Shown here one piece after another: positions 15,274-24,311 of a stretch of DNA of 32,000 nt. Origin of the DNA: Hydrogenophaga intermedia (GTDB taxonomy: Bacteria; Pseudomonadota; Gammaproteobacteria; Burkholderiales; Burkholderiaceae_C); the NCBI GenBank assembly GCA_943370175.1, contig CALRPU020000010.1, positions 61,984-93,983 of the forward strand. The letters run 5' to 3'. The number at the start of each line of letters is the position of its first letter. The stretch's first letter is position 1. The notes under the pieces are model-generated. The model did not search any database, was not told the origin of the DNA, and saw nothing but the letters and a program-made list of their open reading frames with translations. A program made the translations under genes and the position numbers.

Positions 15274-16386
15274 ATGAATCACCACCACGCCGCCGGTCTG
15301 GTCCCCCGCGAACTGGCGATCGACGCGCCCGACGCTGCGGCATGGCACGGCGTGCGCGTGCAGGCCCCTGGGCGATTGCACCTGGGCTTCCTCGACCCCG
15401 CCGCCAGCCTCGGGCGGCGGTTCGGCAGCCTGGGCCTCGTCGTCGACGGCTTGGAAACCGTGGTGGAGCTGCAGCGGGCCGACGGCAACGCCGACCCCCG
15501 CGCGGGCGACAGCGCGGCCGCAGACACCAGTGAGGCGCTGGCCGAGCTGCCGAGGGCGCGGGCCCACCTCGAGGCGATGCGCCGCGCGCTGGACGCCGAC
15601 GGCGCGTGCCTCGGCCCGGTTCACCTGCGCTTGAGGTCCGTGCTGCCCGCGCATGCGGGCCTGGGGTCGGGCACGCAGCTGGCGCTGGCGGTGGGCCGCG
15701 CGGCCTGCGCGCTGGCCGGTCGCGACTGGCCCGCCACGCGCCTCGCGTCGGTCACGGGGCGTGGCTTGCGTTCGGGCGTCGGCATCGCCGGCTTCGAGCA
15801 GGGGGGGCTGCTGCTGGACGGCGGGCCGCGCGCCGATGGTCAGCCCGCGGCCTTGCTGTCGCGCATCGATTTGCCCGACGCCTGGCGCGTGCTGCTGGTG
15901 CTGGACCCGCGCCAGCGCGGTCTGAGCGGCCCCGCCGAACGCGCGGCCTTGGCCACGTTGCCGCCGTTGCCGCGCGAGTCCGCCGCCGAGATTTGCCACG
16001 AGGTGCTGATGCGCGTGCTGCCCGGTGCGGCCGGGGCCGAGTTCACGCCTTTCGCCGCCGGGTTGTCGCGCATGCAGCGCATCCTCGGCCAGCACTTCGC
16101 GCCGGCCCAACAGGGCTTGGCCTACACCAGCGCCGCGGTGGCCCGGCTTTTGGACTGGGTGGGCGCCCAGGCCGGTGCGGCCACGGGGCAAAGCTCCTGG
16201 GGACCCACCGGGTTTGCGGTGCTGCCGTCCGAATCGGTTGCATGGTCGCTGGTGGATGCGGCGCGGGCGGCGGGCCTCGTCGACCCGGCGCTCGACCTGC
16301 GCGTGGTCACGGCGCGTCGCCACGGTGCCCAGGTGGCGGTGTTGCCCGTGGCGCCCAAGGTGCCCGCCGATTGCGCCTCGGCGTGA
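15274..16386 (+). CDS. mptG: Beta-ribofuranosylaminobenzene 5'-phosphate synthase (GHMP-kinase fold)
   Basis: VQAPGRLHLGFLD...LPAHAGLGSGTQLALAV...SGVGIAGFEQGG is the beta-RFAP synthase pattern. The start is ambiguous between the TTG at 15241, which overlaps the folB-like stop, and the ATG at 15274. Confidence 0.8.
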   Translation: MNHHHAAGLVPRELAIDAPDAAAWHGVRVQAPGRLHLGFLDPAASLGRRFGSLGLVVDGLETVVELQRADGNADPRAGDSAAADTSEALAELPRARAHLEAMRRALDADGACLGPVHLRLRSVLPAHAGLGSGTQLALAVGRAACALAGRDWPATRLASVTGRGLRSGVGIAGFEQGGLLLDGGPRADGQPAALLSRIDLPDAWRVLLVLDPRQRGLSGPAERAALATLPPLPRESAAEICHEVLMRVLPGAAGAEFTPFAAGLSRMQRILGQHFAPAQQGLAYTSAAVARLLDWVGAQAGAATGQSSWGPTGFAVLPSESVAWSLVDAARAAGLVDPALDLRVVTARRHGAQVAVLPVAPKVPADCASA

Positions 16387-16414
16387 TCCCCCTCCTTCCC
16401 TGAACCCCAAGCCC

Positions 16415-17317
16415 ATGGAACGTCCCTACATCCTTCACATGTTCACTCCGGGGGCGCAGATGAGCCCCTTCGACGTCAACATGGCGGCCGACGCCGGCTA
16501 CCAGGTCATCACGCCGTACTGCGGCGTGGGGCTGGACGCGGTCATGGGGCTGACCCAGGACGCGATTTTTTCCCGCGGACCCAAGGGCGTGGCACGCACG
16601 GGCATCTTCATCGGCGGTCGCGATGTGCTGCTGGCCGCCGACATGCTGGAACGCGCGCAGCAGTCGATGGTGCCGCCGTTCGCGGTGTCGTTGTTCGCCG
16701 ACCCCAGCGGCTCCTACACCACCGCCGCCGGGCTCGTGGCCTGCACCGAGGCCGCGCTGCGCCGCCACCACCAGACCGACCTGGCCGGCAAGCGCGTGCT
16801 GCTGTTGGGCGGCACGGGCACGGTGGGGCGCATTGCGGCGGTGTTGTGCGCGCAGCTCGGTGCGACCGCCTGGTTGTCCAGCCACAAGGGCCAGGCCGCC
16901 GCGCAGGCCGCGGCCGAGCAGACCGGTCAGCGTTTCGGCGTGAATCTTCACGGGGTGTCGGGCCAGGGCCAGGCCGACGTGCACGCGGCACTGGCCGACG
17001 CGGACGTCGTGATGGGCGTGGCCGCCGCCGGTGTCCAGGTGATGACCGCCGCCGACCGCGCGGTCGCCCAGCGCCTGCTGGTGGCCGCTGACGTCAACGC
17101 CGTGCCGCCGGAGGGCCTGGCCGGTGTGGGCGTGATGGACAACGGCAAGCCGTTGCCCGATGGCCGCGCCGTCGGCATTGGTGCGCTGGCCATCGGCAAC
17201 ATCAAGTATCAGGTGCAGCACCGCCTGCTGATGCGCATGCGCGCCGCCGACACGCCGGTGGCCTACAGCTTTCCCGACGCCTTCGCGGTGGCCCGTGAGG
17301 TGCTCGCTGAAGGCTGA
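16415..17317 (+). CDS. mtdB: NAD(P)-dependent methylene-H4MPT dehydrogenase (MtdA/MtdB family, MtdB by context)
   Basis: MERPYILHMFTPGAQMSPFDVNMAADAGY...IFIGGRD...DPSGSYTTAAG...LLGGTGTVG. The gene lies adjacent to mch in the H4MPT island. I chose the ATG at 16415, inside track ORF 16025..17317. Confidence 0.85.
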   Translation: MERPYILHMFTPGAQMSPFDVNMAADAGYQVITPYCGVGLDAVMGLTQDAIFSRGPKGVARTGIFIGGRDVLLAADMLERAQQSMVPPFAVSLFADPSGSYTTAAGLVACTEAALRRHHQTDLAGKRVLLLGGTGTVGRIAAVLCAQLGATAWLSSHKGQAAAQAAAEQTGQRFGVNLHGVSGQGQADVHAALADADVVMGVAAAGVQVMTAADRAVAQRLLVAADVNAVPPEGLAGVGVMDNGKPLPDGRAVGIGALAIGNIKYQVQHRLLMRMRAADTPVAYSFPDAFAVAREVLAEG

Positions 17318-18599
17318 TGCCGGCGCGAGCGCCCCACTCGGCGGTGGCCATGGCACGCTGGTGGTGGCGGGCCTGAGTGCGCGTTGGCTCGTCGAAGACG
17401 CGGTGCGCGCCGGCTGGCGCGTGGTGGCGCTCGACCTGTTCGGCGACGCCGACACGCGCCGGCTCGCCGCCCGCTGGGCGCCCATCGGCACCCCCGAGCG
17501 CTTGTCCATCGACGGCGCGCAATTGCGGCACGAGCTTGCGCGGGCCGCGGCCCTTGACGGCGCCTTGGCGTGGGTGGCCGGCGGCGGCACCGAGGCGGAC
17601 CTGAGCCTGCTCGACGCCGGCGGCGGGGCCCTGCCGCGCTGGGGCATGGCCCGCGAGACCATCGCCGCATTGCGCGATCCCTCGTGCTTTTTCGGCCTGC
17701 TCGACCGCCTGGGCCTGCCGCACCCGCCGTGGCGCCGCACGGCACCGGACGCGATGCAGGGCTGGGTGGTCAAGCACCCGGGCGGCAGCGGCGGCTGGCA
17801 CATCCGCGACGCGTCGGCGATCAACCCTAGCCCGGCCGATCCGCGCCAATACTTTCAGCGCCAGGTGCCCGGACGATCGATGTCCGCGCTGTGCCTGGCC
17901 GACGGGGCGCGGGGCCGGGTGATGGGCCTGTCCGCACAGCGCGCGCTTCCCTGGCCACCACCGCCGGCCGCGCCGCGCCATCCATGGGTGTGGCAAGGGG
18001 TGGTGGGGCCCGTGCACCAGCCCGCCTTGCAGGCGCGCGTGGCGCAGGCGCTGGCGGCGCTGGTGCCGGCCCTGGGCCTGTCGGGGCTGTTCAGCCTCGA
18101 CTTCATGGCCGATGGCGACGAGGCCTGCTTCCTGGAGTTGAACCCGCGCCCCTCGGCGAGCCTGCAGGTGCACCCGCCGCCCGGGCCGCACGGGTGGCTC
18201 GGCGCCCACCGCGAGGCGCTGGCCGGCCGGCTGCCCGCGCCATCCGGGCTGCTGCCGACCGCGTGCTGTGGCGTCGCCACCCTGTGGGCCCCCTGCGACC
18301 TGCGCTTGAGCACCGGCATCGCCGCCGCCTTGGCCGCCGACCCCGCCGTCTGCGACCTGCCCCACGCGGGCAGCGCTTTCAACGCCGGCGAGCCGGTGTG
18401 CAGCTTGCGCAGCACGCTGTCGACGGACGACCACGGCAGCGCCGACGCGCCAGCGCAGGTCGAAACCCGCTTGCAGCAACTGCTGTCTCCCTGGCGGCGG
18501 CGCTTGATGAATGATGCCGTCGTCGCCGCACGCGCGCCGACGCTCCTCTCCCGATCCACCGAACCGACCGTGCCCCGGCACGAGGAAGCCGCCCCATGA
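17295..18599 (+). CDS. ATP-grasp family protein of H4MPT-linked gene islands (function unassigned)
   Basis: LVVAGLSARWLVEDAVRAGWRVVALDLFGD...GLFSLDFMADGDEACFLELNPRPSAS is an ATP-grasp C-terminal motif. The GTG start at 17295 overlaps mtdB by 23 nt, and the true start may be a downstream GTG. Confidence 0.62.
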   Translation: MRCSLKADAGASAPLGGGHGTLVVAGLSARWLVEDAVRAGWRVVALDLFGDADTRRLAARWAPIGTPERLSIDGAQLRHELARAAALDGALAWVAGGGTEADLSLLDAGGGALPRWGMARETIAALRDPSCFFGLLDRLGLPHPPWRRTAPDAMQGWVVKHPGGSGGWHIRDASAINPSPADPRQYFQRQVPGRSMSALCLADGARGRVMGLSAQRALPWPPPPAAPRHPWVWQGVVGPVHQPALQARVAQALAALVPALGLSGLFSLDFMADGDEACFLELNPRPSASLQVHPPPGPHGWLGAHREALAGRLPAPSGLLPTACCGVATLWAPCDLRLSTGIAAALAADPAVCDLPHAGSAFNAGEPVCSLRSTLSTDDHGSADAPAQVETRLQQLLSPWRRRLMNDAVVAARAPTLLSRSTEPTVPRHEEAAP

Positions 18600-19639
18600 G
18601 CGACACGCCCACCCAGACCCTCATCGAGGGGTCCACCGACCCCGCCCGGCCCGAGTTCGCCGCGCTCAGCGTCAACCAGCTGGCGGCCACCGCCCTGAGT
18701 CGTCTGGTCAACGAGGCGGACCGCCTGCGCGTGTCGGTCCAGCGCGACGAGCGCGGGGTCACGCTGATCGACGCTGGCATCGCCGTGCAGGGCAGCGTCG
18801 AGGCGGGTCTGCTGGTGGCCGAGGTGTGCCTGGGCGGCCTGGGCTCGGTGGCGCTGGCCGCGGGCGCACGCCAAGGCTGGCCCAGCTGGCTGCAGGTGAG
18901 CAGCTCGCAGCCGGTGCTGGCCTGCCTGGGCAGCCAATACGCGGGCTGGAGCTTGTCGGCCACGAAAGAAGAAACCGGCGGCCGCCGGTTCTTCGCGCTG
19001 GGCTCCGGGCCGGCGCGGGCGCTGGCCTGCAAGGAGCCGCTGTTCGCCGAACTGGGCTACCGCGACCGCGCCCCGCACGGCGTGATCGTGCTGGAGGTCG
19101 ACCGCCTGCCGCCGCCCATCGTCATCGACAAGCTGCTGCGCGATTGCGCGCTGCCCCCCGAGGGCCTGAGCATCGTGCTGACCCCCACCACCAGCCTGGC
19201 CGGCACCACGCAGGTGGTGGCGCGGGTGCTGGAGGTGGCGCTGCACCGTGCGCACGCGCTGGGCTTCGAGCTGGCCCACATCGTTGAGGGCAGCGCGGTC
19301 GCGCCGCTGCCGGTGCCCACGCCCGACGGCGTGCAGGCCATGGGGCGCACCAACGACGCCATCCTCTACGGCGGCCAGGTGCACCTCAGCGTGCGCGGCG
19401 AAGCGGCCGCCGCGCAGGCCCTGGCCAAGGCCTTGCCGTCGCTCAATTCCAAGGATTTCGGGCGCTCCTTTGCCGACTTGTTCACCGACGCGGGCCACGA
19501 CTTCTACAAGCTGGATGGCGCCCTGTTCGCCCCGGCCGAGGTGTGGGTCAGCCACCTGGACTCCGGCCGCACCTGGCACGCCGGCCGACTGGACATGGCC
19601 CTGCTGCACCGGCTGTGGGGCGAAGAAGCCAGCGCGTGA
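18596..19639 (+). CDS. mch: Methenyl-H4MPT cyclohydrolase
   Basis: SVNQLA...GVTLIDAGI...GSVEAGLLVAEVCLGGLG...ACLGSQYAGW...LGSGPARA is the Mch family pattern. The start forms an ATGA overlap with the preceding gene. Confidence 0.92.
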   Translation: MSDTPTQTLIEGSTDPARPEFAALSVNQLAATALSRLVNEADRLRVSVQRDERGVTLIDAGIAVQGSVEAGLLVAEVCLGGLGSVALAAGARQGWPSWLQVSSSQPVLACLGSQYAGWSLSATKEETGGRRFFALGSGPARALACKEPLFAELGYRDRAPHGVIVLEVDRLPPPIVIDKLLRDCALPPEGLSIVLTPTTSLAGTTQVVARVLEVALHRAHALGFELAHIVEGSAVAPLPVPTPDGVQAMGRTNDAILYGGQVHLSVRGEAAAAQALAKALPSLNSKDFGRSFADLFTDAGHDFYKLDGALFAPAEVWVSHLDSGRTWHAGRLDMALLHRLWGEEASA

Positions 19640-19655
19640 GCGCCGGGGCACGGTG

Positions 19656-20654
19656 ATGGGGGCTGCGGTGCAACGCGTTCCGCTGCGGCCAGCCCGCGTG
19701 GCGATCATGACCGACGAGGTCGGCTGGCACACCCGCCAGTTGCAGCAGGCCTTGCGCCAGCGCGGCGTGGAGGGCCGCTGCGTCGACCTGGCCGATGGCC
19801 GCGTCGACACCACCGCCAGTTGGCATGGCCTGGTGTTGCCGGGCTTCAGCCGGCACGGGCCCGGTGGGGGCCTGCCTGACGCCGTCATCGTGCGTGGCAT
19901 CGCCGGCGGCAGTTTCGAACAGGTCACCCGCCGGCTCGGCCTGCTGCACGCCCTGCGCGACCTGGGCGTTCCGGTCTACAACGACGCGCGCGCCATCGAG
20001 CGCAGCGTCGACAAGGCCATGACCAGTTTGCTGCTGCACCAGGCCGGCGTGCCCACGCCGCCGTGCTGGGCGATGGAGTCGGCCGAGGACGCCCAGCGCC
20101 TGGTGATGCGCGAAAGCGCGGCCCGGCGCGCGCTGGTGCTCAAGCCGCTGTTCGGCTCACAGGGCAAGGGCCTGCTGCGGGTGGGCTGGGTGGCGGGCCG
20201 CCATGTGCCGCTGCCCGACCTGAAACGCGGGCACGGCCGCTACGCCTACCTGCAACGCTTCATTCCCCCCGCCCGGCCAGCGAGCGAGGGTCCCGGCCAC
20301 GACTGGCGGGTGCTGGTGGTGGGCGGGCGGGCCGTGGCCGCCATGCGCCGCGTCAGCGCGCACTGGGTGCACAACGTGGCGCAGGGCGGTCAGTGCGTCG
20401 CCCAGTCGCTGCACGAGGCCGAGGGCCCGGCCCTGGCGCGTTGCGCGGTCGCCGCCGCCGCGGCCTTGCAGATGGACTACGCCGGCGTCGACCTGATGGC
20501 CGCCGCCGACGGCCTGCAGGTCATCGAGGTCAACGGCGTGGCCGCGTGGCAAGGCCTGCAGCGCGTGACACCACAGCGCATCGCGCCGATGCTGGTCGAC
20601 GACCTGCTGCAGCGCGTGGCCGCGCCGCTGCGCGCCGGTGGGCGGCGGGCCTGA
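19656..20654 (+). CDS. RimK-type ATP-grasp ligase, probable H4MPT:alpha-L-glutamate ligase (MptN-like)
   Basis: VYNDARAIERSVDKAMTSLLLHQAGVPTP...VLKPLFGSQGKGL...DWRVLVVGGRAVAAMRR...WVHNVAQGG...DYAGVDLM is the RimK family pattern. Alternative starts are the GTG at 19698 and the ATG at 19707. Confidence 0.75.
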   Translation: MGAAVQRVPLRPARVAIMTDEVGWHTRQLQQALRQRGVEGRCVDLADGRVDTTASWHGLVLPGFSRHGPGGGLPDAVIVRGIAGGSFEQVTRRLGLLHALRDLGVPVYNDARAIERSVDKAMTSLLLHQAGVPTPPCWAMESAEDAQRLVMRESAARRALVLKPLFGSQGKGLLRVGWVAGRHVPLPDLKRGHGRYAYLQRFIPPARPASEGPGHDWRVLVVGGRAVAAMRRVSAHWVHNVAQGGQCVAQSLHEAEGPALARCAVAAAAALQMDYAGVDLMAAADGLQVIEVNGVAAWQGLQRVTPQRIAPMLVDDLLQRVAAPLRAGGRRA

Positions 20655-20712
20655 GGGGCTTGGCCCGCGCCCGGTCGATGCCGTGACCCATGCCCCCCAC
20701 CATGACCTCACC

Positions 20713-21672
20713 ATGACCGCACTGGACACGCGCCTTCGCCGCGCCTTCCTGTGGGCCTGCGCCTTGGACGTGAGCACGCGCAAGGCCGGCAACGTCAGCC
20801 TTGATTCGGCGGGCCACGGCATGGCAGCCCAGCATTTCCTGGACAGCGCCGCGGCCTCGGTCGGTCCCCTGTGCCAGCGCGATCGGCGTGTGGGCGAGCG
20901 CATCGAGGCGGCCGTTCACGCGACCTGGGCGGTGGCACAGTGCAACACCAACCTGGGCATCCTGTTGCTGTGCACGCCACTGATCGTTGCAGCCCAGACG
21001 GCCGCCGCCGCGCTGCCGCGCGGCGCGGACCTGCGCCTGGCCGACCTGCACGCGGCCCTCGGCCACGTGCTGGACGGCCTGGACCGCGACGATGCGCGCG
21101 CGGCCTACCGCGCCATCGCCCGGGCCAACCCGGGCGGGCTGGGCCGCGCACAAGACCAGGACGTCGGCGCCGAGCCTCAGGTCGGACTGCGCGAGGCCAT
21201 GCGGCTGGCCGCGCACCGGGACCTGATTGCACGGCAATACGCTGAGGGGTTTCCCGAGGTGTTCGGCCCGGCGCTGCAGGCGTTTGCGGCGCCGTTGGCC
21301 CCGGTGTCGCCGCAGCGCGACGGCGAATCGCAACAAGGCGTTCATCTGGCGCAGCAGGCCATGCTCAGTTGTTACCTCAGCGTGTTGTCACGTCACCCCG
21401 ATTCACACATTGTTCGCAAGCACGGCGATGCGTCGGCGCACATTGTCATGACCGAGGCGCGCGCGTGGCACGACGCCCTGGGCGCAGGGCGGTCACTGCA
21501 GGACGACCCGGCCTATGCCGCGTGGGACAGTTCGCTCAAGGCCCGCTCGCTCAATCCGGGAACCAGCGCCGACATCTGCGTTGCCACAGCCATGCTTGCG
21601 TGCATTGCACTGCCACACGCTCAAGCTTGGGCCGGCGATGACGTTAATCCGAGGGTTGCCACGAGGGGTTGA
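20713..21672 (+). CDS. Triphosphoribosyl-dephospho-CoA synthase (CitG/MdcB) family protein of H4MPT islands
   Basis: FLWACALDVSTRKAGNVS...NTNLGILLL...ANPGGLG...DSHIVRKHG...LNPGTSADI is the CitG-like pattern. I chose the ATG at 20713, inside track ORF 20638..21672. Confidence 0.75.
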   Translation: MTALDTRLRRAFLWACALDVSTRKAGNVSLDSAGHGMAAQHFLDSAAASVGPLCQRDRRVGERIEAAVHATWAVAQCNTNLGILLLCTPLIVAAQTAAAALPRGADLRLADLHAALGHVLDGLDRDDARAAYRAIARANPGGLGRAQDQDVGAEPQVGLREAMRLAAHRDLIARQYAEGFPEVFGPALQAFAAPLAPVSPQRDGESQQGVHLAQQAMLSCYLSVLSRHPDSHIVRKHGDASAHIVMTEARAWHDALGAGRSLQDDPAYAAWDSSLKARSLNPGTSADICVATAMLACIALPHAQAWAGDDVNPRVATRG

Positions 21673-21801
21673 GACCCTTGGTCCTCAGTGTTTGTTCGGG
21701 GGTCTTGCTGGCACGGAATATGTACCGTTGGTGGCTGCGCAGGGGGTCATTGACCCGCGCTGAACCCTTCAAAGACAACACAGACAGATCGGAGAAATTT
21801 C

Positions 21802-22311
21802 ATGGCAAAGATTGACCGCATGCTGGTGGGCGAGTCGCTGGTTGGTGACGGCAACGAAGTTGCTCACATCGACCTGATCATCGGCCCGCGCGGCACGCCG
21901 GCCGAGTCCGCGTTCGCCAACGCGCTGACCAACAACAAGGACGGCTTCACCTCGCTGCTGGCCGTGGTCGCTCCGAACCTGCTGACCAAGCCCGCCACGG
22001 TGATGTTCAACAAGGTGACGATCAAGGGCGCCAAGCAGGCCGTGCAGATGTTCGGCCCCGCCCAGCGCGGCGTGGCGATGGCCGTGGCCGATTGCGTCGA
22101 AGACGGCACCATCCCGATGGACGAGGCCGATGACCTGTTCATCAGCGTTGGCGTGTTCATTCACTGGATGGCCGAAGACGACAAGAAGATCCAGGACTAC
22201 AACTACCAGGCCGTCAAGGAATCCATCAAGCGCGCCGTCAATCGCGAACCCAGCGCCGCCACGGTCGTGGCGAAGAAGGGCAGCGCTGCCCACCCGTTCG
22301 CCGCCAAGTAA
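21802..22311 (+). CDS. fae: Formaldehyde-activating enzyme (5,6,7,8-tetrahydromethanopterin hydro-lyase)
   Basis: [31 protein letters not shown]...[10 protein letters not shown] is unmistakably Fae. A GGAGA RBS is present. Local GC is lower and codon bias is strong, consistent with very high expression. Confidence 0.96.
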   Translation: MAKIDRMLVGESLVGDGNEVAHIDLIIGPRGTPAESAFANALTNNKDGFTSLLAVVAPNLLTKPATVMFNKVTIKGAKQAVQMFGPAQRGVAMAVADCVEDGTIPMDEADDLFISVGVFIHWMAEDDKKIQDYNYQAVKESIKRAVNREPSAATVVAKKGSAAHPFAAK

Positions 22312-22321
22312 TCACAGAACA

Positions 22322-22341
22322 GACCCGCCCACGAGCGGGTC
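22322..22341 (+). terminator. Stem-loop downstream of fae (GACCCGC-ccacga-GCGGGTC); possible attenuator or partial terminator
   Basis: A perfect 7-bp GC-rich inverted repeat with a 6-nt loop lies 10 nt after the fae stop. No clear U-tract follows, so intrinsic termination is uncertain. Confidence 0.35.
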
Positions 22342-22433
22342 GTCATCATTGGGGGTCATGGCACAACAGCCCGGGTCCCTGGTGCCCAGAGGTGTCCGCA
22401 AGGACAGAGTTGTAACCATCGTAGGAGACAGGT

Positions 22434-24248
22434 ATGAAAAGCTCACGGACCCAGTGGGGTCTGCGCTCGGTGTGTGCTGCCGTCATGGTGCTGCCCACCC
22501 TGGCGTTTGCCAACGCAGATGTCGAGAAGAACATCGCCAACTCGAAGAATTGGGCGACCCAGGCGGGTGACATGTTCAACCAGCGTTACAGCAAGTTGAA
22601 CCAGATCAACACCAAGAACGTCAACAAGATGCAGGTCGCGTGGACATTCTCCACCGGCGTGCTGCGCGGCCACGAGGGTTCGCCCCTGGTGATCGATGGC
22701 ACGATGTACCTGCACTCGCCGTTCCCGAACAAGGTGTTCGCGATCGACCTCGACACCCAGAAGATCCTCTGGAAGTACGAGCCCAAGCAAGACCCGGCCG
22801 TGATCCCCCAGATGTGCTGCGACACGGTGAACCGCGGTCTGGCCTATGCCGAAGGCAAGGTCATCCTGCAGCAGGCCGATTCCAACCTCGTGGCGCTCGA
22901 CGCCAAGAGCGGCAAGGTCGTCTGGTCGGTCAAGAACGGCGACCCCAAGCTCGGTGCCGTCAACACCAACGCCCCCCACGTCTTCAAGGACAAGGTCATC
23001 ACTGGCATCTCCGGCGGTGAGTGGGGCGTGCGTGGCTTCATCGCCGCCTACAACCTGAAGGACGGCAAGCCGGCCTGGAAGGGCTACAGCGTCGGTCCCG
23101 ACAACGAGATGCTGATCGACCCCGACAAGACGATGACCTGGACCAACGGCGCCATGGCGCCGGTGGGCAAGGACTCGTCGCTGAAGACCTGGAAGGGCGA
23201 CCAGTGGAAGATCGGTGGCGGCACGACCTGGGGCTGGTACAGCTACGACAAGGCCGCCAACCTGATGTACTACGGCACCGGCAACCCGTCGACCTGGAAC
23301 CCCTCGCAGCGCCCGGGTGACAACAAGTGGTCCATGACCATTTTTGCCCGCGACGTGGACACTGGCATGGCCAAGTGGGTCTACCAGATGACCCCGTTCG
23401 ATGAGTGGGACTTCGACGGCATCAACGAGATGATCCTCGCGGACATCGACGTGAAGGGCAAGCCGACCAAGGCGCTGGTGCACTTCGACCGCAACGGCTT
23501 CGCGTACACGATGGACCGCATCTCCGGTGCGCTGCTCGTGGCCGAGAAGTTCGACCCGAAGGTGAACTGGGCCACGCACGTGGACATGAAGACCGGCCGC
23601 CCGCAGGTCGTGTCGAAGTACTCCACCGCGCAGAACGGTCCGGACGTCAACACCAAGGGCATCTGCCCGGCGGCGTTGGGGTCGAAGGACCAGCAGCCGG
23701 CCTCGTTCGACCCGAACACCAAGCTCTTCTACGTGCCGACGAACCACGTCTGCATGGACTATGAGCCGTTCAAGGTCGAGTACACCGCGGGCCAGCCGTA
23801 CGTGGGCGCCACGCTGTCGATGTTCCCGGCCCCGGGCAGCCACGGCGGCATGGGCAACTACATCACCTGGGACGCGGGCACCGGCAAGATCGTGCAGAGC
23901 AAGGCCGAGAAGTTCTCGGTGTGGAGCGGCTCGCTCAACACCGCGGGCGGCCTGAGCTGCTACGGGACGCTGGAGGGCTACCTGAAGTGCGTCGATGCGA
24001 AGGACATCAACAAGGAACTGTTCAAGTTCAAGACCCCGTCCGGGATCATCGGCAACGTGTTCACTTATGAGCACAAGGGCAAGCAGTACATGGGCGTCTT
24101 CTCGGGCATTGGTGGCTGGGCCGGCATCGGCATGGCCGCTGGCCTCGAGAAGGACACCGATGGCCTGGGCGCCGTGGGCGGCTACAAGGAGCTGAACCAG
24201 TACACCGAACTGGGCGGTTCGCTGACGGTCTTCGCTCTGCCCAACTGA
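22434..24248 (+). CDS. xoxF: PQQ-dependent methanol dehydrogenase, XoxF type (lanthanide-dependent)
   Basis: A signal peptide is present, and the sequence matches the MxaF/XoxF family end to end ([18 protein letters not shown], vicinal CC in [30 protein letters not shown]...). DEWDFDG carries the extra Asp (D-x-D) diagnostic of Ln-binding XoxF, where MxaF has D-x-A. An AGGAGA RBS precedes the start. Confidence 0.93.
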   Translation: MKSSRTQWGLRSVCAAVMVLPTLAFANADVEKNIANSKNWATQAGDMFNQRYSKLNQINTKNVNKMQVAWTFSTGVLRGHEGSPLVIDGTMYLHSPFPNKVFAIDLDTQKILWKYEPKQDPAVIPQMCCDTVNRGLAYAEGKVILQQADSNLVALDAKSGKVVWSVKNGDPKLGAVNTNAPHVFKDKVITGISGGEWGVRGFIAAYNLKDGKPAWKGYSVGPDNEMLIDPDKTMTWTNGAMAPVGKDSSLKTWKGDQWKIGGGTTWGWYSYDKAANLMYYGTGNPSTWNPSQRPGDNKWSMTIFARDVDTGMAKWVYQMTPFDEWDFDGINEMILADIDVKGKPTKALVHFDRNGFAYTMDRISGALLVAEKFDPKVNWATHVDMKTGRPQVVSKYSTAQNGPDVNTKGICPAALGSKDQQPASFDPNTKLFYVPTNHVCMDYEPFKVEYTAGQPYVGATLSMFPAPGSHGGMGNYITWDAGTGKIVQSKAEKFSVWSGSLNTAGGLSCYGTLEGYLKCVDAKDINKELFKFKTPSGIIGNVFTYEHKGKQYMGVFSGIGGWAGIGMAAGLEKDTDGLGAVGGYKELNQYTELGGSLTVFALPN

Positions 24249-24276
24249 GCCTGACCGGCCCATGCAGTGATGAAAG

Positions 24277-24311
24277 CCGAGGGGTGGCGCGGTCACCGTG
24301 CCGCCCCTCGG
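24277..24311 (+). terminator. Long GC-rich stem-loop downstream of xoxF (about 16 bp stem with two G-U pairs and a 3-nt loop)
   Basis: CCGAGGGGTGGCGCGG-tca-CCGTGCCGCCCCTCGG was read directly. It sits in the 215-bp xoxF-cytochrome spacer. No U-tract follows, so it is more likely an mRNA-stabilising or partial-termination element. Confidence 0.4.

Noticed and set aside
17855-19927. 690-aa minus-strand ORF opposite the ATP-grasp/mch genes. The same applies to 24802..26904 (700 aa), 27638..29959 (773 aa), 29396..31939 (847 aa) and 5886..7781 (631 aa).
   Set aside because: All are GC-driven shadow ORFs with Arg/Pro/Gly/Ala-dominated products. Each overlaps better-supported genes on the other strand.
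21750-21778. TTGACC as a -35 box for a sigma-70 fae promoter
   Set aside because: No acceptable -10 hexamer (TAnnnT) lies 16-18 nt downstream; the candidates are AGACAA, AAGACA and GACAAC.
22348-22364. TGGCAC-AACAG-CCCGG upstream of xoxF. Several TGGCAC words inside coding regions (for example near 5625, 15331, 16580, 17350, 19575, 21466) were also noted.
   Set aside because: None has a TTGC/GC element at the required 5-nt spacing. The intragenic ones are expected by chance in GC-rich DNA.
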